From positions 416,001-480,000 of the forward strand of contig OZ244717.1 of NCBI GenBank assembly GCA_965218975.1: a stretch of DNA of 64,000 nucleotides, given 5' to 3'. A program made the translations under genes and the position numbers. The notes beneath the pieces are model-generated. The model made no database searches. It was given only the letters and a program-made list of their open reading frames with translations, and was not told where the DNA came from. This document shows, piece by piece, positions 20,818-31,113 of the stretch (position 1 is the stretch's first letter; each line of letters starts with the position of its first letter). The stretch is from Candidatus Oxydemutatoraceae bacterium (GTDB taxonomy: Bacteria > Pseudomonadota > Gammaproteobacteria > Poriferisulfidales > Oxydemutatoraceae).

Positions 20818-21648
20818 ATGAAGACCAGTGAAGATCCGACAGTTGCACAAATGGAAAAGTTGCAGTTTGTCGAGCTTCTTGCCTATTTCCATGGTGCTAT
20901 AAATCGCGAAGACCTTATAAATAGATTCGGTATATCTAAGGCATCGGCAACCAATGTATTGGCTGCCTATAACCGAATGGCGCCTGAAAACCTAAGGTAT
21001 GACATACGCCTCAAACGTTATGAGATCAGTAATGTTTTTAAACCTGTTTTCAATGTCCGCATACTGATTGAGCGTATCCCAGTGTACACAATGCCGAAGT
21101 TACATAAACCGGCTGATGATGAAGCAATTGAAAGAATTGCTTTGATATCAAGAGCAATTCAGAGAACACAATTGCTGATGATCACCTATACTTCAGCTAC
21201 TAGTGGAATAAGTACAAGGTAGATTATTCCTGTTGCGTTTGCTGATAATTTGCTTCGATGGCATTTGCGTGCATACGATAGAAAACGGGAAAAGTATGTC
21301 GATTTTGTTTTCGCAAGAATTCGAAAAGTTAATCTGATTAAACATGATGCTATCGAGCATCATGAACACCCGGATAATGACAAGCAGTGGCATTCGTTCG
21401 TTGAGTTGAAAATAAAAGCACACCCACATAATTTGGTTGATACTCAGTCATTTGATATGGGGAATGATATTCATTGTGTCAGGATGCGTGCTGCCATGGC
21501 TGGTTATTTTCTTAAGCTTTGGAATGTTGATTGTTCACAAGATGCAAGTTTGAGAGGGAAAGAATATCAGTATATGTTAGAAAATATGACAGAAGTCTCC
21601 GAAGTGGCGGATTTAGAGTTAGCTCCGGGGTATGCCAGAGAAACTTAA
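20818..21648 (+). pseudogene. WYL-domain transcriptional regulator (CapW-like) with an in-frame TAG at 21220
   Basis: wHTH (INREDLINRFGISKASA), WYL core (RWHLRAYDRKREKYVDFVFARI) and C-terminal RAAMAGYFLKLWNVDCS..LAPGY. Confidence 0.85.
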
Positions 21649-21727
21649 CGCTCATGTCTATGAATCACACACATAAAGTCTGGTCCAGTTTTTGCGGAGA
21701 ACACCACGTAACTAGACAGGGGTAACA

Positions 21728-21985
21728 ATGAGTAAAGACGACAACATGATCCCGTTCTACAAAAACCACGGATTCATCGGTGAATGGTCGAATGTTATTG
21801 AGAGCACATACGACCTACTCAGAATCCTAGAATATTGCGTTTCAAACGAGATGAATTACACCCCTGAGGCCAAGCAACAGATCCAAGAACTCATCGACTG
21901 GTTACGTGCGGCGGCGAATGATGAGGGAAAACTGACCGCCGCATCTAACCAACCCGGGTTTAGAAATGTACATAAAGAACGGTAA
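21728..21985 (+). CDS. Hypothetical protein
   Basis: 85-aa ORF with a purine-rich upstream region and no recognisable motif. Confidence 0.4.
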   Translation: MSKDDNMIPFYKNHGFIGEWSNVIESTYDLLRILEYCVSNEMNYTPEAKQQIQELIDWLRAAANDEGKLTAASNQPGFRNVHKER

Positions 21986-22253
21986 GTTTCTTAATTTAAT
22001 CTTTCAGTACACCCCAGTACAATTTCTAGATTAAACTACTTATGTTGGTCTGGGCAAACATATTAAATCAACGAGAATTGTACTGAGTATTCTCCACTTC
22101 TACATAATTAGTAGGTCACTAGTTATTCCGGCTCTGAAGTACACACATATTCAATTAATCTATTCCGTAAACTTCTCTCATTGCTATTCCGTAAGCCCTA
22201 ATTTGGGTACACTCTCGGCACACTGCCCTGTTTTCGCTGCTTACGCTAAACTT

Positions 22254-22780
22254 CTTGACTTCGTAGGCTTTGACTCGTAAGTGATTGATATTATTGCCCT
22301 TAGGATTCTCAAGGGCACTACATTACGGTGTTGTTTGTAACCCTCTGCGCTCAGCTTCCTCCAGGGCGTGACTTGTTGGGAAGCGGGAACGGAGCTTCGT
22401 TCCATTTCAGGCCTATGCTACGGTAGGTCCTGTTGGCGTCCGCACTCGCACGGCTCGGCATCGCATACCGCTCCTGTGTGTCGGTACGTACCAAGATGCT
22501 CAACTGCAAGGCGTTGAGCTCGCGTCGGACCCGCTCCGCGCTCATCGGGAAGCCCAGCGCCTTGAGCCGCCGGCGCAACTGCTGCAAACAGCAGAAGGCC
22601 ATGTAGCAGACCGCAATGCGCGCGCGGATGCGCCGCAGCTTCCAGTGAAAGATCGGGCGGATGCGCAGATCATGTTTGTCGGTGCGAAAGCAATGTTCTA
22701 CTTCCCATAACCGGCGATATTGCAACAGCAACTCCTGCGGTGTCATCTCTTCGTTGCCTTGATTTCGTAGGTTTTAACCT
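22254..22780 (-). mobile_element. IS1634 3' fragment (reverse) plus an isolated IR stub at 22758-22780
   Basis: Right IR at 22254 and the transposase C-terminus. CTTGATTTCGTAGGTTTTAACCT abuts the pyrR stop. Confidence 0.85.
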
Positions 22781-23283
22781 CAGCGAATCGCTAGTCGCAG
22801 CGGTTCCGGGCCTCGCAGTTTAATGTTTTGCGTAGCAAGCAGTCGGACGGTTTTTCCGATGATATCTGCGCAGATGGGTAATTCCCTACCGCCGCGGTTT
22901 ATCAGAACAACCAGTTTAATGTCGGCAGGTCTGCCGTAATCAAAAATCTCATTCAGCGCGGCACGGATTGTCCTACCGGTATGTAACACATCGTCAATCA
23001 GAATAATGTGCCGGTTGTCTACCGATACCGGCAAATTCGAGGCGCCGACTTTTGGGTGTAACCCGATTTGACTGAAATCATCGCGATAGAAGTTAATATT
23101 CAATTCCCCTAATGCTTCAGATAAGCCTAGCATTTGATGCAGTCGTTGCGCGACCCACACGCCACCGGTACGAATGCCGATTAGCAAGGGATTATTGATC
23201 TTCTCACGATGTAATAGCTCCTTTAAGGCAATGTTGATCCGTTCGAGCAGAACCGCCACTTCCGGATTTTTCATCTGATCCAT
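22780..23283 (-). CDS. pyrR: Pyrimidine regulatory protein / uracil phosphoribosyltransferase
   Basis: GIRTGG, FYRDD, LIDDVLHTGRT and RELPI. Confidence 0.93.
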   Translation of the reverse strand: MDQMKNPEVAVLLERINIALKELLHREKINNPLLIGIRTGGVWVAQRLHQMLGLSEALGELNINFYRDDFSQIGLHPKVGASNLPVSVDNRHIILIDDVLHTGRTIRAALNEIFDYGRPADIKLVVLINRGGRELPICADIIGKTVRLLATQNIKLRGPEPLRLAIR

Positions 23284-23307
23284 TCCGTCATCTCCTTCAT
23301 TCTATCG

Positions 23308-23745
23308 CTATGCCGATGTTTTCAATGCAAGCCAAGTATCTAAAATTAAAGCGGCGGCAATTTTATCAAGCTTGCCGGTGTGGTTTTTTCCGACCAGTCC
23401 GAGCTTGCGTTGCTCAGTCAAATGATATTTCGCTTCGGTGGAAGTATATGCTTCCTCGACAAAATTTACCGGGCATTGATAACGTTCCTGCAGTTGCATG
23501 GCAAATAGCGCGATTTTCTTTTGTAAGGTATCGGATGCTTTGCCGGTTTTACCGACGACAAACAATGCGGGGTGCCAAGTTGTAACAAGTTGAGTAATCT
23601 GCTGCCAATCGGGTCCGTTCGCTTTGTTGTTGACGGTTGCCAATGGTTGTGTGTGCGAAGTCGCTTGGTTTGTGACGGCGATTCCGATGCGTGCTTCTCC
23701 GAAATCAAACCCCATCACGCAATTTTGATCTGAGATGAGTGTCAT
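23308..23745 (-). CDS. yqgF: YqgF/RuvX pre-16S rRNA nuclease
   Basis: GFDFGEARIGIA, VEEAYTS and DKIAAALIL. Confidence 0.92.
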   Translation of the reverse strand: MTLISDQNCVMGFDFGEARIGIAVTNQATSHTQPLATVNNKANGPDWQQITQLVTTWHPALFVVGKTGKASDTLQKKIALFAMQLQERYQCPVNFVEEAYTSTEAKYHLTEQRKLGLVGKNHTGKLDKIAAALILDTWLALKTSA

Positions 23746-24743
23746 TGAGTGAGTTTGCTTTCAATCGCTGCGATGACGTCATTACCGATGTCCATCATAT
23801 ATAGGCGGTTTAGTTCACGCATACATGTCGGACTTGTCACATTGATTTCGGTTAAATATCCGGCAATGACGTCAATACCGACAAATAACAAGTCCATTTT
23901 AATAAGCGCCGGTCGGATACGGCGGCAGATTTCTTTGTCATGCTCGTTCAGACCGACACCTTCGCCGCGGCCTCCGGCGGCAAGATTCGCACAGAACTGT
24001 CCCGGCGGCGGAACACGCAGTAATGCTTTCTCTACCGGTTCGCCATCAATCATTAGGATACGTTTGTCGCCGCGGGCGTAATCTTTGATTGTTTGTTGTG
24101 CGATAATCGTGCACTTGCCATAATCAGTTGCCGAGTCAATCGCTTGAGTAAATGAAGCATCAGCCGTACTGATACGGATAATTCCGGTTCCTCCCATTTG
24201 ATTTAGCGGTTTCAGTACCACATCGTTATATTCACGCGCAAAATCAATCAATTGAGGCCTACATTTACTGACGATGGTTGGCGGTGACAGATGGGCAAAC
24301 TGCTGAGCAAATATTTTTTCGTTGATGCAGTGCAAACTAACCGGATTATTAACAACCAACGTGCCATCCCGGCTTGCGGCTTGCAAAAGATGACAAATAT
24401 TTAAGAACTCAAGGTCTACCGGCGGGTCTACCCGCATCAAAATAACTGCGAGAGTATTCATCGCCATATCGTGTTCTTCATCATCGAACCGGAACCAATC
24501 GGTACGATCTAACGTGACCGAAAGCGGTTTGCCGTAACCGCGCGTGCAACCATCACGTAAATATAGGTTGTTAGGTTCAAAGTACATTAAATTCCAACCG
24601 CGCCGCTGCGCTGCTTCAAGTAAACCTAGCGTGGTGTCTTTATCGGGATTAATTTCTGCGATGGGATTCATTACAACTCCCATGGTTGCGGCGGCAAAAT
24701 TCTTTTGCGGAAGCGTAGTAGCCGATTGAGTATTGAGAGCCAT
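23742..24743 (-). CDS. gshB: Glutathione synthetase
   Basis: KDTT, MRVDPP, NEK, GDKRI, NLAAGG and EINVTSPT. Confidence 0.95.
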   Translation of the reverse strand: MALNTQSATTLPQKNFAAATMGVVMNPIAEINPDKDTTLGLLEAAQRRGWNLMYFEPNNLYLRDGCTRGYGKPLSVTLDRTDWFRFDDEEHDMAMNTLAVILMRVDPPVDLEFLNICHLLQAASRDGTLVVNNPVSLHCINEKIFAQQFAHLSPPTIVSKCRPQLIDFAREYNDVVLKPLNQMGGTGIIRISTADASFTQAIDSATDYGKCTIIAQQTIKDYARGDKRILMIDGEPVEKALLRVPPPGQFCANLAAGGRGEGVGLNEHDKEICRRIRPALIKMDLLFVGIDVIAGYLTEINVTSPTCMRELNRLYMMDIGNDVIAAIESKLTQ

Positions 24744-24827
24744 ATTCAAGATATTATAAATTCAAGCGGCGGTAATTTACCGGAGGCTATAATTGTAAAT
24801 TATCAATTGAATAATGCTGAATTACAA

Positions 24828-25829
24828 ATGTTTGCTTCTTACCGCTTGTTGCTTTTCTTCTCGCTGTGTATCGTTTCCGAATGGGTTGCGCCGGATAAAA
24901 AATATATACTGTCCGATACGCCGGTAATCAGTCGCTCGTTGCCAGCCTCTACTGTCAGGGGTACTACAAAATCAACAACGGTAGGCTTACCCTCGGTCAT
25001 AGGTAAAGCGAAATCAACCACGCCCACCGAATCAACCGTACAACCTGAGCCGAGAGCAAAACCTGAGCCGAGAGTACAACCTGAGCCGAGAGTACAACCT
25101 GAACCTAGAGTACAACCTGAGCCTAGAGCAAAACCTGAGCCTAGAGCAAAACATGAGCCTGAAAAATTCGAGCGTAGCGGGTTTTTTATTCCGCAGCACT
25201 CCACCAATATTGAAGCGGCTCGTGCCGGTACCATATTGCGCTTGCGCAAGGAGACCGGGCAATATTTCGAAGCAGATGAAATTTTAGTGGAAATGAGTTG
25301 TTTGCACGAACATGCACAGCTTGAAGAACTGCGATTATTGCATCAGGAAGCAAAGATAAAACGCAAGCAGATGATTGCCGCACGGCAGAAGAATGAGATT
25401 ACACCTGAAGAAATGTCGCTGGCGGGTCTTGCGGTTGAAATATCGCTTGCGCGTTTGAATCGTTTACGTACGGAAATGAAAAGCTGCATGATTAAAGCGC
25501 CTTTTGCCGGCTTGGTGCAAAAGACGTATGTGCGACAGGGGCAAAATGTAGGGTTTTTATCGCCCTTACTGGAAATTATTTCAGATAAGCCATGGCATTT
25601 TACCGTTGAAGTGCCGGCTGTTTGGTTGCGGCATATTCGGGTTGAAATGCAGTTTATCGTTCATCCCGATGCGGCGGGGCGAGATTATTCGGCAAAAGTA
25701 CTACGGATTGGCAATGAAATTGACATTGCGACACAAACGGTAACAGTTATCGCGGAAATAATGCAAAACGACACAATCATAAGGGGTGGAATGCATGGCG
25801 TGGCAAAATTTGATTTTGCGGATAAGTAA
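24828..25829 (+). CDS. HlyD/RND-type periplasmic adaptor with a Pro-rich repeat linker
   Basis: N-terminal hydrophobic segment, a coiled hairpin, IKAPFAGLV and IDIATQT. Confidence 0.75.
   Translation: MFASYRLLLFFSLCIVSEWVAPDKKYILSDTPVISRSLPASTVRGTTKSTTVGLPSVIGKAKSTTPTESTVQPEPRAKPEPRVQPEPRVQPEPRVQPEPRAKPEPRAKHEPEKFERSGFFIPQHSTNIEAARAGTILRLRKETGQYFEADEILVEMSCLHEHAQLEELRLLHQEAKIKRKQMIAARQKNEITPEEMSLAGLAVEISLARLNRLRTEMKSCMIKAPFAGLVQKTYVRQGQNVGFLSPLLEIISDKPWHFTVEVPAVWLRHIRVEMQFIVHPDAAGRDYSAKVLRIGNEIDIATQTVTVIAEIMQNDTIIRGGMHGVAKFDFADK
25041..25160 (+). repeat. 18-bp coding tandem repeat, (Q/K)PEPR(A/V) x about 6.7
   Basis: CAACCTGAGCCGAGAGTA-like units. Confidence 0.92.
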
Positions 25830-25868
25830 TTATGACATTTCAGCCAATTGATTCTCCGGAGGAATTTT

Positions 25869-26768
25869 ATGAACTTAAAATACGCCACGTTGAGTTATGC
25901 ATTCTCGGCTAACTATGGTGATGAGATTCAAAGCATTGCCGCTGCTCGGTGTTTACCAAAGGGGGAGAACACAACGATTGATCGTGGACGGCTAAATGTA
26001 TTTTCCAGCGCAACGAAACACATATTGTTGATGAATGGCTACTTTGGTTTAGGCAAAAGGGGCTGGGACGGCTTTCCTCCTTCGGAAGACATTATCCCAA
26101 TTTATTTTAGCTTTCATATTGCGCAAAAAGCGGCTGCGCTTTATACCAGCCCCGAATGCCTTGAACATTTCAGGAAATGGCAACCGATCGGGTGCCGTGA
26201 CCGGGGCACCGCTGCGCTATTAAAAAATAAAGGGATTGATACCTTTTTCGCTAAGTGCTTGACTTTGACGTTGGAGAAGAGGGCCCGTTCGCCCGCGAAC
26301 GGTAAATTATTCATTGTCGACGGGGAAGATCTTCCGGTCCCACGGTCACTGAAAAGAACGGCGGAATGGGTGAGACAGTCGCCTCATCCTGACGACCCGC
26401 TTGGCCATCAAGCTAAACTCAAGCGGGCTTTGATGTTGTTAGAGCGATACCGAGACGAAGCAAACTTGGTTATCACCAAGCGAATGCATTGCGCTTTGCC
26501 GTGTCTCGCGATGGGCGTTCCGGTTATTTTTATGACGATGCGCCCACCGACGGATTATCGGTTGAACTTATATTCGGATATAGGCGGAACAGTACATCGT
26601 CTTTTACCGATGACCAAGTTGTTGCGATTATCCATCGGACGTCTCATTCACAAACTGCAAGTGCGTCATTTTTCATGGCAGGGAGACGTACTGGATTTAA
26701 GCGACGAAAAGCGGAAAATTCGCGTTGCTTTGCAGCAGCAAATCGACAGACAACTTGCCAAGCTTTGA
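25869..26768 (+). CDS. Polysaccharide pyruvyl transferase family protein
   Basis: NYGDEIQS, IGCRD, CLTLTL and VITKRMHCALPCLAMGVPV. Confidence 0.78.
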   Translation: MNLKYATLSYAFSANYGDEIQSIAAARCLPKGENTTIDRGRLNVFSSATKHILLMNGYFGLGKRGWDGFPPSEDIIPIYFSFHIAQKAAALYTSPECLEHFRKWQPIGCRDRGTAALLKNKGIDTFFAKCLTLTLEKRARSPANGKLFIVDGEDLPVPRSLKRTAEWVRQSPHPDDPLGHQAKLKRALMLLERYRDEANLVITKRMHCALPCLAMGVPVIFMTMRPPTDYRLNLYSDIGGTVHRLLPMTKLLRLSIGRLIHKLQVRHFSWQGDVLDLSDEKRKIRVALQQQIDRQLAKL

Positions 26769-26959
26769 AATAAAAAAGTCGATGTAATCGATCAATCGGT
26801 TCGTTCCCGGGCAGACATTCTGTACTGATGTCGGCGATAGCTAGGGTACGGCGTATCTCTTCCCGTTTCGGGCGTGCGTTTTTACTCAAACATCGGTTCC
26901 GGTAAGATCGTAGTTACCGGGATGTTTTACAAACGGCATCGGCTTATTATTGCCCGCGC

Positions 26960-27311
26960 TATCGTGTGCCTGATTGTGGATACATCGAATAGAATGCTAC
27001 CGTCCCTACCCGCTCAGCACCAAAGAATTATGCAAACCGCAGACACAAGTATAAACACTTCAAAGCACAATCCGGAGCATTGGGTCGCCCTTGATACTAG
27101 CGTGCGCTTTCAGCGCGAGGATGCGCGCCATTCTTAAACACTATTGATATCGATTCATGCCTTGAGTTGCAACGGCAACCGATAGCGGGTGAATCACATT
27201 TGAAGCGGTATGACATGTGCCGACCGCATACCGGTTTAGGTTCAACAGCCCCGTGCCGAATGTTGATTCCAAACAACCCTAAAAAAATCCGGAATGTATT
27301 GGTATCGTACA
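26960..27311 (+). mobile_element. IS481-family fragments ending in ..GGTATCGTACA
   Basis: HWVALDTSVR and RPHTGLG remnants. Confidence 0.6.
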
Positions 27312-27344
27312 TCCGGCGCTTCCGGAATCAGTTATACTTATCGC

Positions 27345-27623
27345 ATGAGCGCGATTGATCTCTATAACCTGTTCCGGCGTATTCCGAATGCAACCGAAGC
27401 AGAAGCCCGCGCGGCCGCGGATACCATCGCGCATACGGACGATTTCGCTACTAAAGACGATCTGAGCGAATTCACAACCAAAGCGGATTTGAAAGCGGGA
27501 TTGGCTGGGTTAAAAGCTGAGTTAAAAGCTGATTTGGCTGAGCTGGAAAATCGGTTGACCAAGTGGATTGTCTTCGCGAACGGCATCGTCATCGCCATCC
27601 TGGGACTAATAATTAGACTTTAA
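27345..27623 (+). CDS. DUF1640/CCDC90-like short coiled-coil protein with a C-terminal TM anchor
   Basis: ATKDDL/TTKADL repeats, heptads, then KWIVFANGIVIAILGLII. Confidence 0.65.
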   Translation: MSAIDLYNLFRRIPNATEAEARAAADTIAHTDDFATKDDLSEFTTKADLKAGLAGLKAELKADLAELENRLTKWIVFANGIVIAILGLIIRL

Positions 27624-27639
27624 TCATCCCGTCACTGAC

Positions 27640-27902
27640 TATAACCGCGATAACGCTACCGCCGGCGGCACAAAGTACTGCAACTGAGATCGAATGCATC
27701 CAAAGTTGCATCCGGCCCGTGTTTATCCCAAAATGAGGGCATCATATTTCTGTTGAAGCTTAGAGCGCTCATGAGCCTCTATCTTTGAAGTTAAACAGGC
27801 TCATATAGAAACCTTTGATGCGGTGGCCGATGTGTTGATATTGCATATCGGTCACCTTTTGGAGTCGTGCCGTGAGTCCCATATGTATCCGGCACTATAC
27901 GC
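27640..27902 (-). mobile_element. IS481-family left-end fragment
   Basis: Reverse strand reads GTATAGTGCCGGATACATATGGGACTC..MQYQHIGHRIKGFY. Confidence 0.75.
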
Positions 27903-28051
27903 GCACCACATAGCCTGAGAGAAAAAAGAATAGGGGAAAATCAGTGCGTTCATAATGTACAATTTCCCTTGCCGAAATTGCAAGATTCCGCGACAATAGC
28001 CGTTTCTTATCGTAATCCGTGCACGATTTACATATACTTTCAGTGAATTAG

Positions 28052-30064
28052 ATGTCTTTAGCTAAAGTCTCGCACGAGGCGTTGTCAAATGCGGTCCGTG
28101 TTTTGAGTATGGATGCGGTTGAGAAAGCGCGGTCCGGTCACCCAGGTGCGCCGATGGGGATGGCGGATATTGCCACAGTGCTTTGGAAAGATTACCTAAA
28201 GCATAATCCAAGTAATCCGGCATGGGTTGATCGCGATCGTTTTGTGCTGTCAAACGGTCATGCGTCAATGCTGTTGTATGCGTTGTTACATTTATCCGGC
28301 TATTCGATTTCAATTAATGATATTCAAAACTTTCGTCAATTAGGCTCTAAAACGCCGGGTCATCCCGAGTACGGATGCGCTCCCGGAGTTGAAACGACCA
28401 CCGGTCCTTTGGGTCAGGGAATTGCTCATGCGGTCGGGATGGCATTGGCGGAAAGAACTCTAGCGGCGCAATTTAATCGTCCGGAATACAAAATTGTCGA
28501 CCACTATACGTATGTCTTTGCCGGTGACGGCTGTTTGATGGAAGGGATTTCACATGAAGCATGTTCATTGGCAGGGACCTTGAAATTATCCAAGTTGATT
28601 GTATTTTATGACGACAACGGTGTTTCGATCGATGGCAATGTTCAAGGATGGTTCACCGATGACACGGCGACAAGATTTCGCGCTTACGATTGGCATGTCA
28701 TTGAGAAAGTAGACGGTCATAACTCCGTACAGGTTGATCGAGCGATTCGGCAAGCGCGTGCGCAAACACAACGGCCGACATTTATTTGCTGTCAAACGAG
28801 TATTGGTGCCGGTGCTCCGAATAAGGCGGGTACCGCCGATTGCCACGGCGCGCCGCTTGGCGCCGACGAAGTTGCTCAAACACGTGTTGTATTGGGGTGG
28901 CGATATCCTGCATTTGAAATTCCTAAGAACATTCGAGCACAATGGAATGTACGGGATAAAGGACAAGCGGTTGAAGAACGGTGGCAGAAATTGTTTTCGG
29001 CGTATCGCGAGAAATACCCCGATCTTGCCGTAGAGTTTATCCGCCGCACGCGAGGTGATTTGCCTGTAGACTGGGCGCAGCGGTCCGCCAAGTATATTCG
29101 CAAGGTTTGTGCCGCTAATGGAAAGATGGCGACGCGTAAGGCCTCGGGGAAAACGTTGCGTGTCTATAGTTCTCTTCTGCCCGAATTGATTGGCGGGTCT
29201 GCGGATCTTGCCGGCTCAAACCTTACTTTATCGGAATTATCGCAACCGGTAACTGAAAACAGCGCCGGCAATTATATATATTTCGGTGTGCGTGAATTCG
29301 CAATGACTGCGATCGCAACAGGGTTTGCATTGCACGGCGGATTTATTCCTTATACCGCTACATTTCTGACTTTTTCCGACTATGCACGCAATGCGGTGCG
29401 TCTGGCAGCATTAATGAAGCAGCGTGTCGTTATGATTTATACGCATGACTCTATCGGCTTAGGCGAGGACGGTCCGACTCATCAGCCGGTGGAACACTTG
29501 GCGTCATTGCGGTTGATTCCGAATCTGGATGTATGGCGTCCCTGTGACGAAGTTGAAACGGCAATTGCGTGGAAAGTTGCGCTTGAAAATTATCGCCGTC
29601 CAAGCGCTTTGGCATTGTCGCGCCAAAGTTTGTCGCCGCAAGCACGCTATGCCGAGCAAGTCGCTAATATCGCCCGGGGCGCCTATATAATTGGCGAGTG
29701 TGAAGCCTCGCCGGATTTGCTGCTGATCGCTACCGGTTCCGAAGTGGCGCTTGCAATGGGGGTGAAACAGCGGCTTGAACAAGCCGGCAACTGTCAAATC
29801 CAAGTTATTTCCATGCCTTGTTGTGAAATGTTTGACCGTCAGACCGACGATTATCGTAGCTCGGTTTTACCGCCGGCAATTACAAAACGATTGGTGATCG
29901 AAGCGGGCGCAACCGGCGGATGGTATAAATATGCTGGCACTTACGGTCAGGTGTTTGGCATTGATTGTTATGGCGAGTCGGCGCCCGGCAATGTTTTATT
30001 CGAGCACTTCGGATTTTCGGTGGCAAACTTATCAAGATTGGCAATGGGATTGCTCAATGAGTGA
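28052..30064 (+). CDS. tkt: Transketolase
   Basis: [17 protein letters not shown] and [15 protein letters not shown]. Confidence 0.98.
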   Translation: MSLAKVSHEALSNAVRVLSMDAVEKARSGHPGAPMGMADIATVLWKDYLKHNPSNPAWVDRDRFVLSNGHASMLLYALLHLSGYSISINDIQNFRQLGSKTPGHPEYGCAPGVETTTGPLGQGIAHAVGMALAERTLAAQFNRPEYKIVDHYTYVFAGDGCLMEGISHEACSLAGTLKLSKLIVFYDDNGVSIDGNVQGWFTDDTATRFRAYDWHVIEKVDGHNSVQVDRAIRQARAQTQRPTFICCQTSIGAGAPNKAGTADCHGAPLGADEVAQTRVVLGWRYPAFEIPKNIRAQWNVRDKGQAVEERWQKLFSAYREKYPDLAVEFIRRTRGDLPVDWAQRSAKYIRKVCAANGKMATRKASGKTLRVYSSLLPELIGGSADLAGSNLTLSELSQPVTENSAGNYIYFGVREFAMTAIATGFALHGGFIPYTATFLTFSDYARNAVRLAALMKQRVVMIYTHDSIGLGEDGPTHQPVEHLASLRLIPNLDVWRPCDEVETAIAWKVALENYRRPSALALSRQSLSPQARYAEQVANIARGAYIIGECEASPDLLLIATGSEVALAMGVKQRLEQAGNCQIQVISMPCCEMFDRQTDDYRSSVLPPAITKRLVIEAGATGGWYKYAGTYGQVFGIDCYGESAPGNVLFEHFGFSVANLSRLAMGLLNE

Positions 30065-30102
30065 TATATTAAGTTGTTCTATTAAAAAAGGGGAAACATC
30101 TA

Positions 30103-31113
30103 ATGCACGCTAAAGTTGCGATCAATGGCTATGGACGTATAGGGCGTAGTATTTTGCGTGCGTTGTACGAGTCCGGCATGAATAAGAAATTGCAGTTGGT
30201 TGCGTTAAATAATCGCGGTGATATCGACGCCTGCGCCCAGGCCACGTGCTACGATACGACACATGGCAGATTTAATTTTGACGTCAGTATTGAAGGTGAC
30301 CATTTGATTATAGGCCGGGATAGAATTCGTTATCTTTCAGAAACTGACCCGGCAAAACTTCCTTGGCGCGAGATCGGGGTTGATATTGTTTTTGAGTGCA
30401 CGGGAAAATTTAATAGTAAAGAATGCGCTCAAGTGCATCTTGATTCGGGTGCGGGAAAAGTTTTGTTGTCTGCTCCGGGAAAGGGGGTGGATGTGACGGT
30501 GGTATTCGGAGTGAATCATCAGACGATTCAAATGAGCGATCGGTTGGTTTCAAATGCATCGTGCACCACCAATTGTTTGGTGCCGGTCGTCAAAGCACTC
30601 AACGATAGTATCGGCATTGTTCGGGGATTACTTACAACTGTGCATGCCTATACGAACGATCAAGTTTTAATTGACGGCAATCATAAAGATTTGCGCCGGG
30701 CACGTTCGGCGACCACGTCAATGATTCCGACGAAAACCGGTGCGGCGCAAGCAGTGGGGCTTGTGCTGCCGGAGCTTGCCGGTAAGTTACACGGATATGC
30801 AATTCGTGTTCCGACTCTGAATGTTTCATTGATTGATTTAACGCTTGATGTGGCGCGTCAAACGACCATTGACGAAGTCAATACCGTGATTAAACGAGCG
30901 GCGGAAGGCGCGATGAAAAATATTTTGGAATATTGTGACATGCCGTTGGTATCAATTGACTTTAATCATAATAGCGCGTCAAGCATCTATGATGCTACTT
31001 TGACACAAGTAATGGACGGCACTTTAGTGAAGGTGTCTGCGTGGTATGACAATGAATGGGGCTACGCCAACCGAATGTTGGATACCGCACTCTTTATGTC
31101 GTCAATCTCATGA
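30103..31113 (+). CDS. gap: Type I glyceraldehyde-3-phosphate dehydrogenase
   Basis: [19 protein letters not shown] and WYDNEWG. Confidence 0.95.
   Translation: MHAKVAINGYGRIGRSILRALYESGMNKKLQLVALNNRGDIDACAQATCYDTTHGRFNFDVSIEGDHLIIGRDRIRYLSETDPAKLPWREIGVDIVFECTGKFNSKECAQVHLDSGAGKVLLSAPGKGVDVTVVFGVNHQTIQMSDRLVSNASCTTNCLVPVVKALNDSIGIVRGLLTTVHAYTNDQVLIDGNHKDLRRARSATTSMIPTKTGAAQAVGLVLPELAGKLHGYAIRVPTLNVSLIDLTLDVARQTTIDEVNTVIKRAAEGAMKNILEYCDMPLVSIDFNHNSASSIYDATLTQVMDGTLVKVSAWYDNEWGYANRMLDTALFMSSIS

Larger units (their letters stand above)
9752..22250. mobile_element. Genomic island integrated at the ssrA 3' end (defence cargo); right boundary approximate
   Basis: An integrase lies directly downstream of ssrA, followed by defence and TA genes up to the IS1634 fragment and pyrR. 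No attR was found. Confidence 0.75.

Noticed and set aside
10253-21222. Stop-codon recoding to explain in-frame stops in island genes
   Set aside because: Both TGA and TAG occur together with frameshifts, and core genes terminate normally with these codons.
27311-27338. Another example of promoter-targeted IS481 insertion
   Set aside because: The TATACT lies 21 nt, not 28 nt, from a divergent end. The second-subfamily end at 39571 also shows no promoter. Both count as non-fitting cases.
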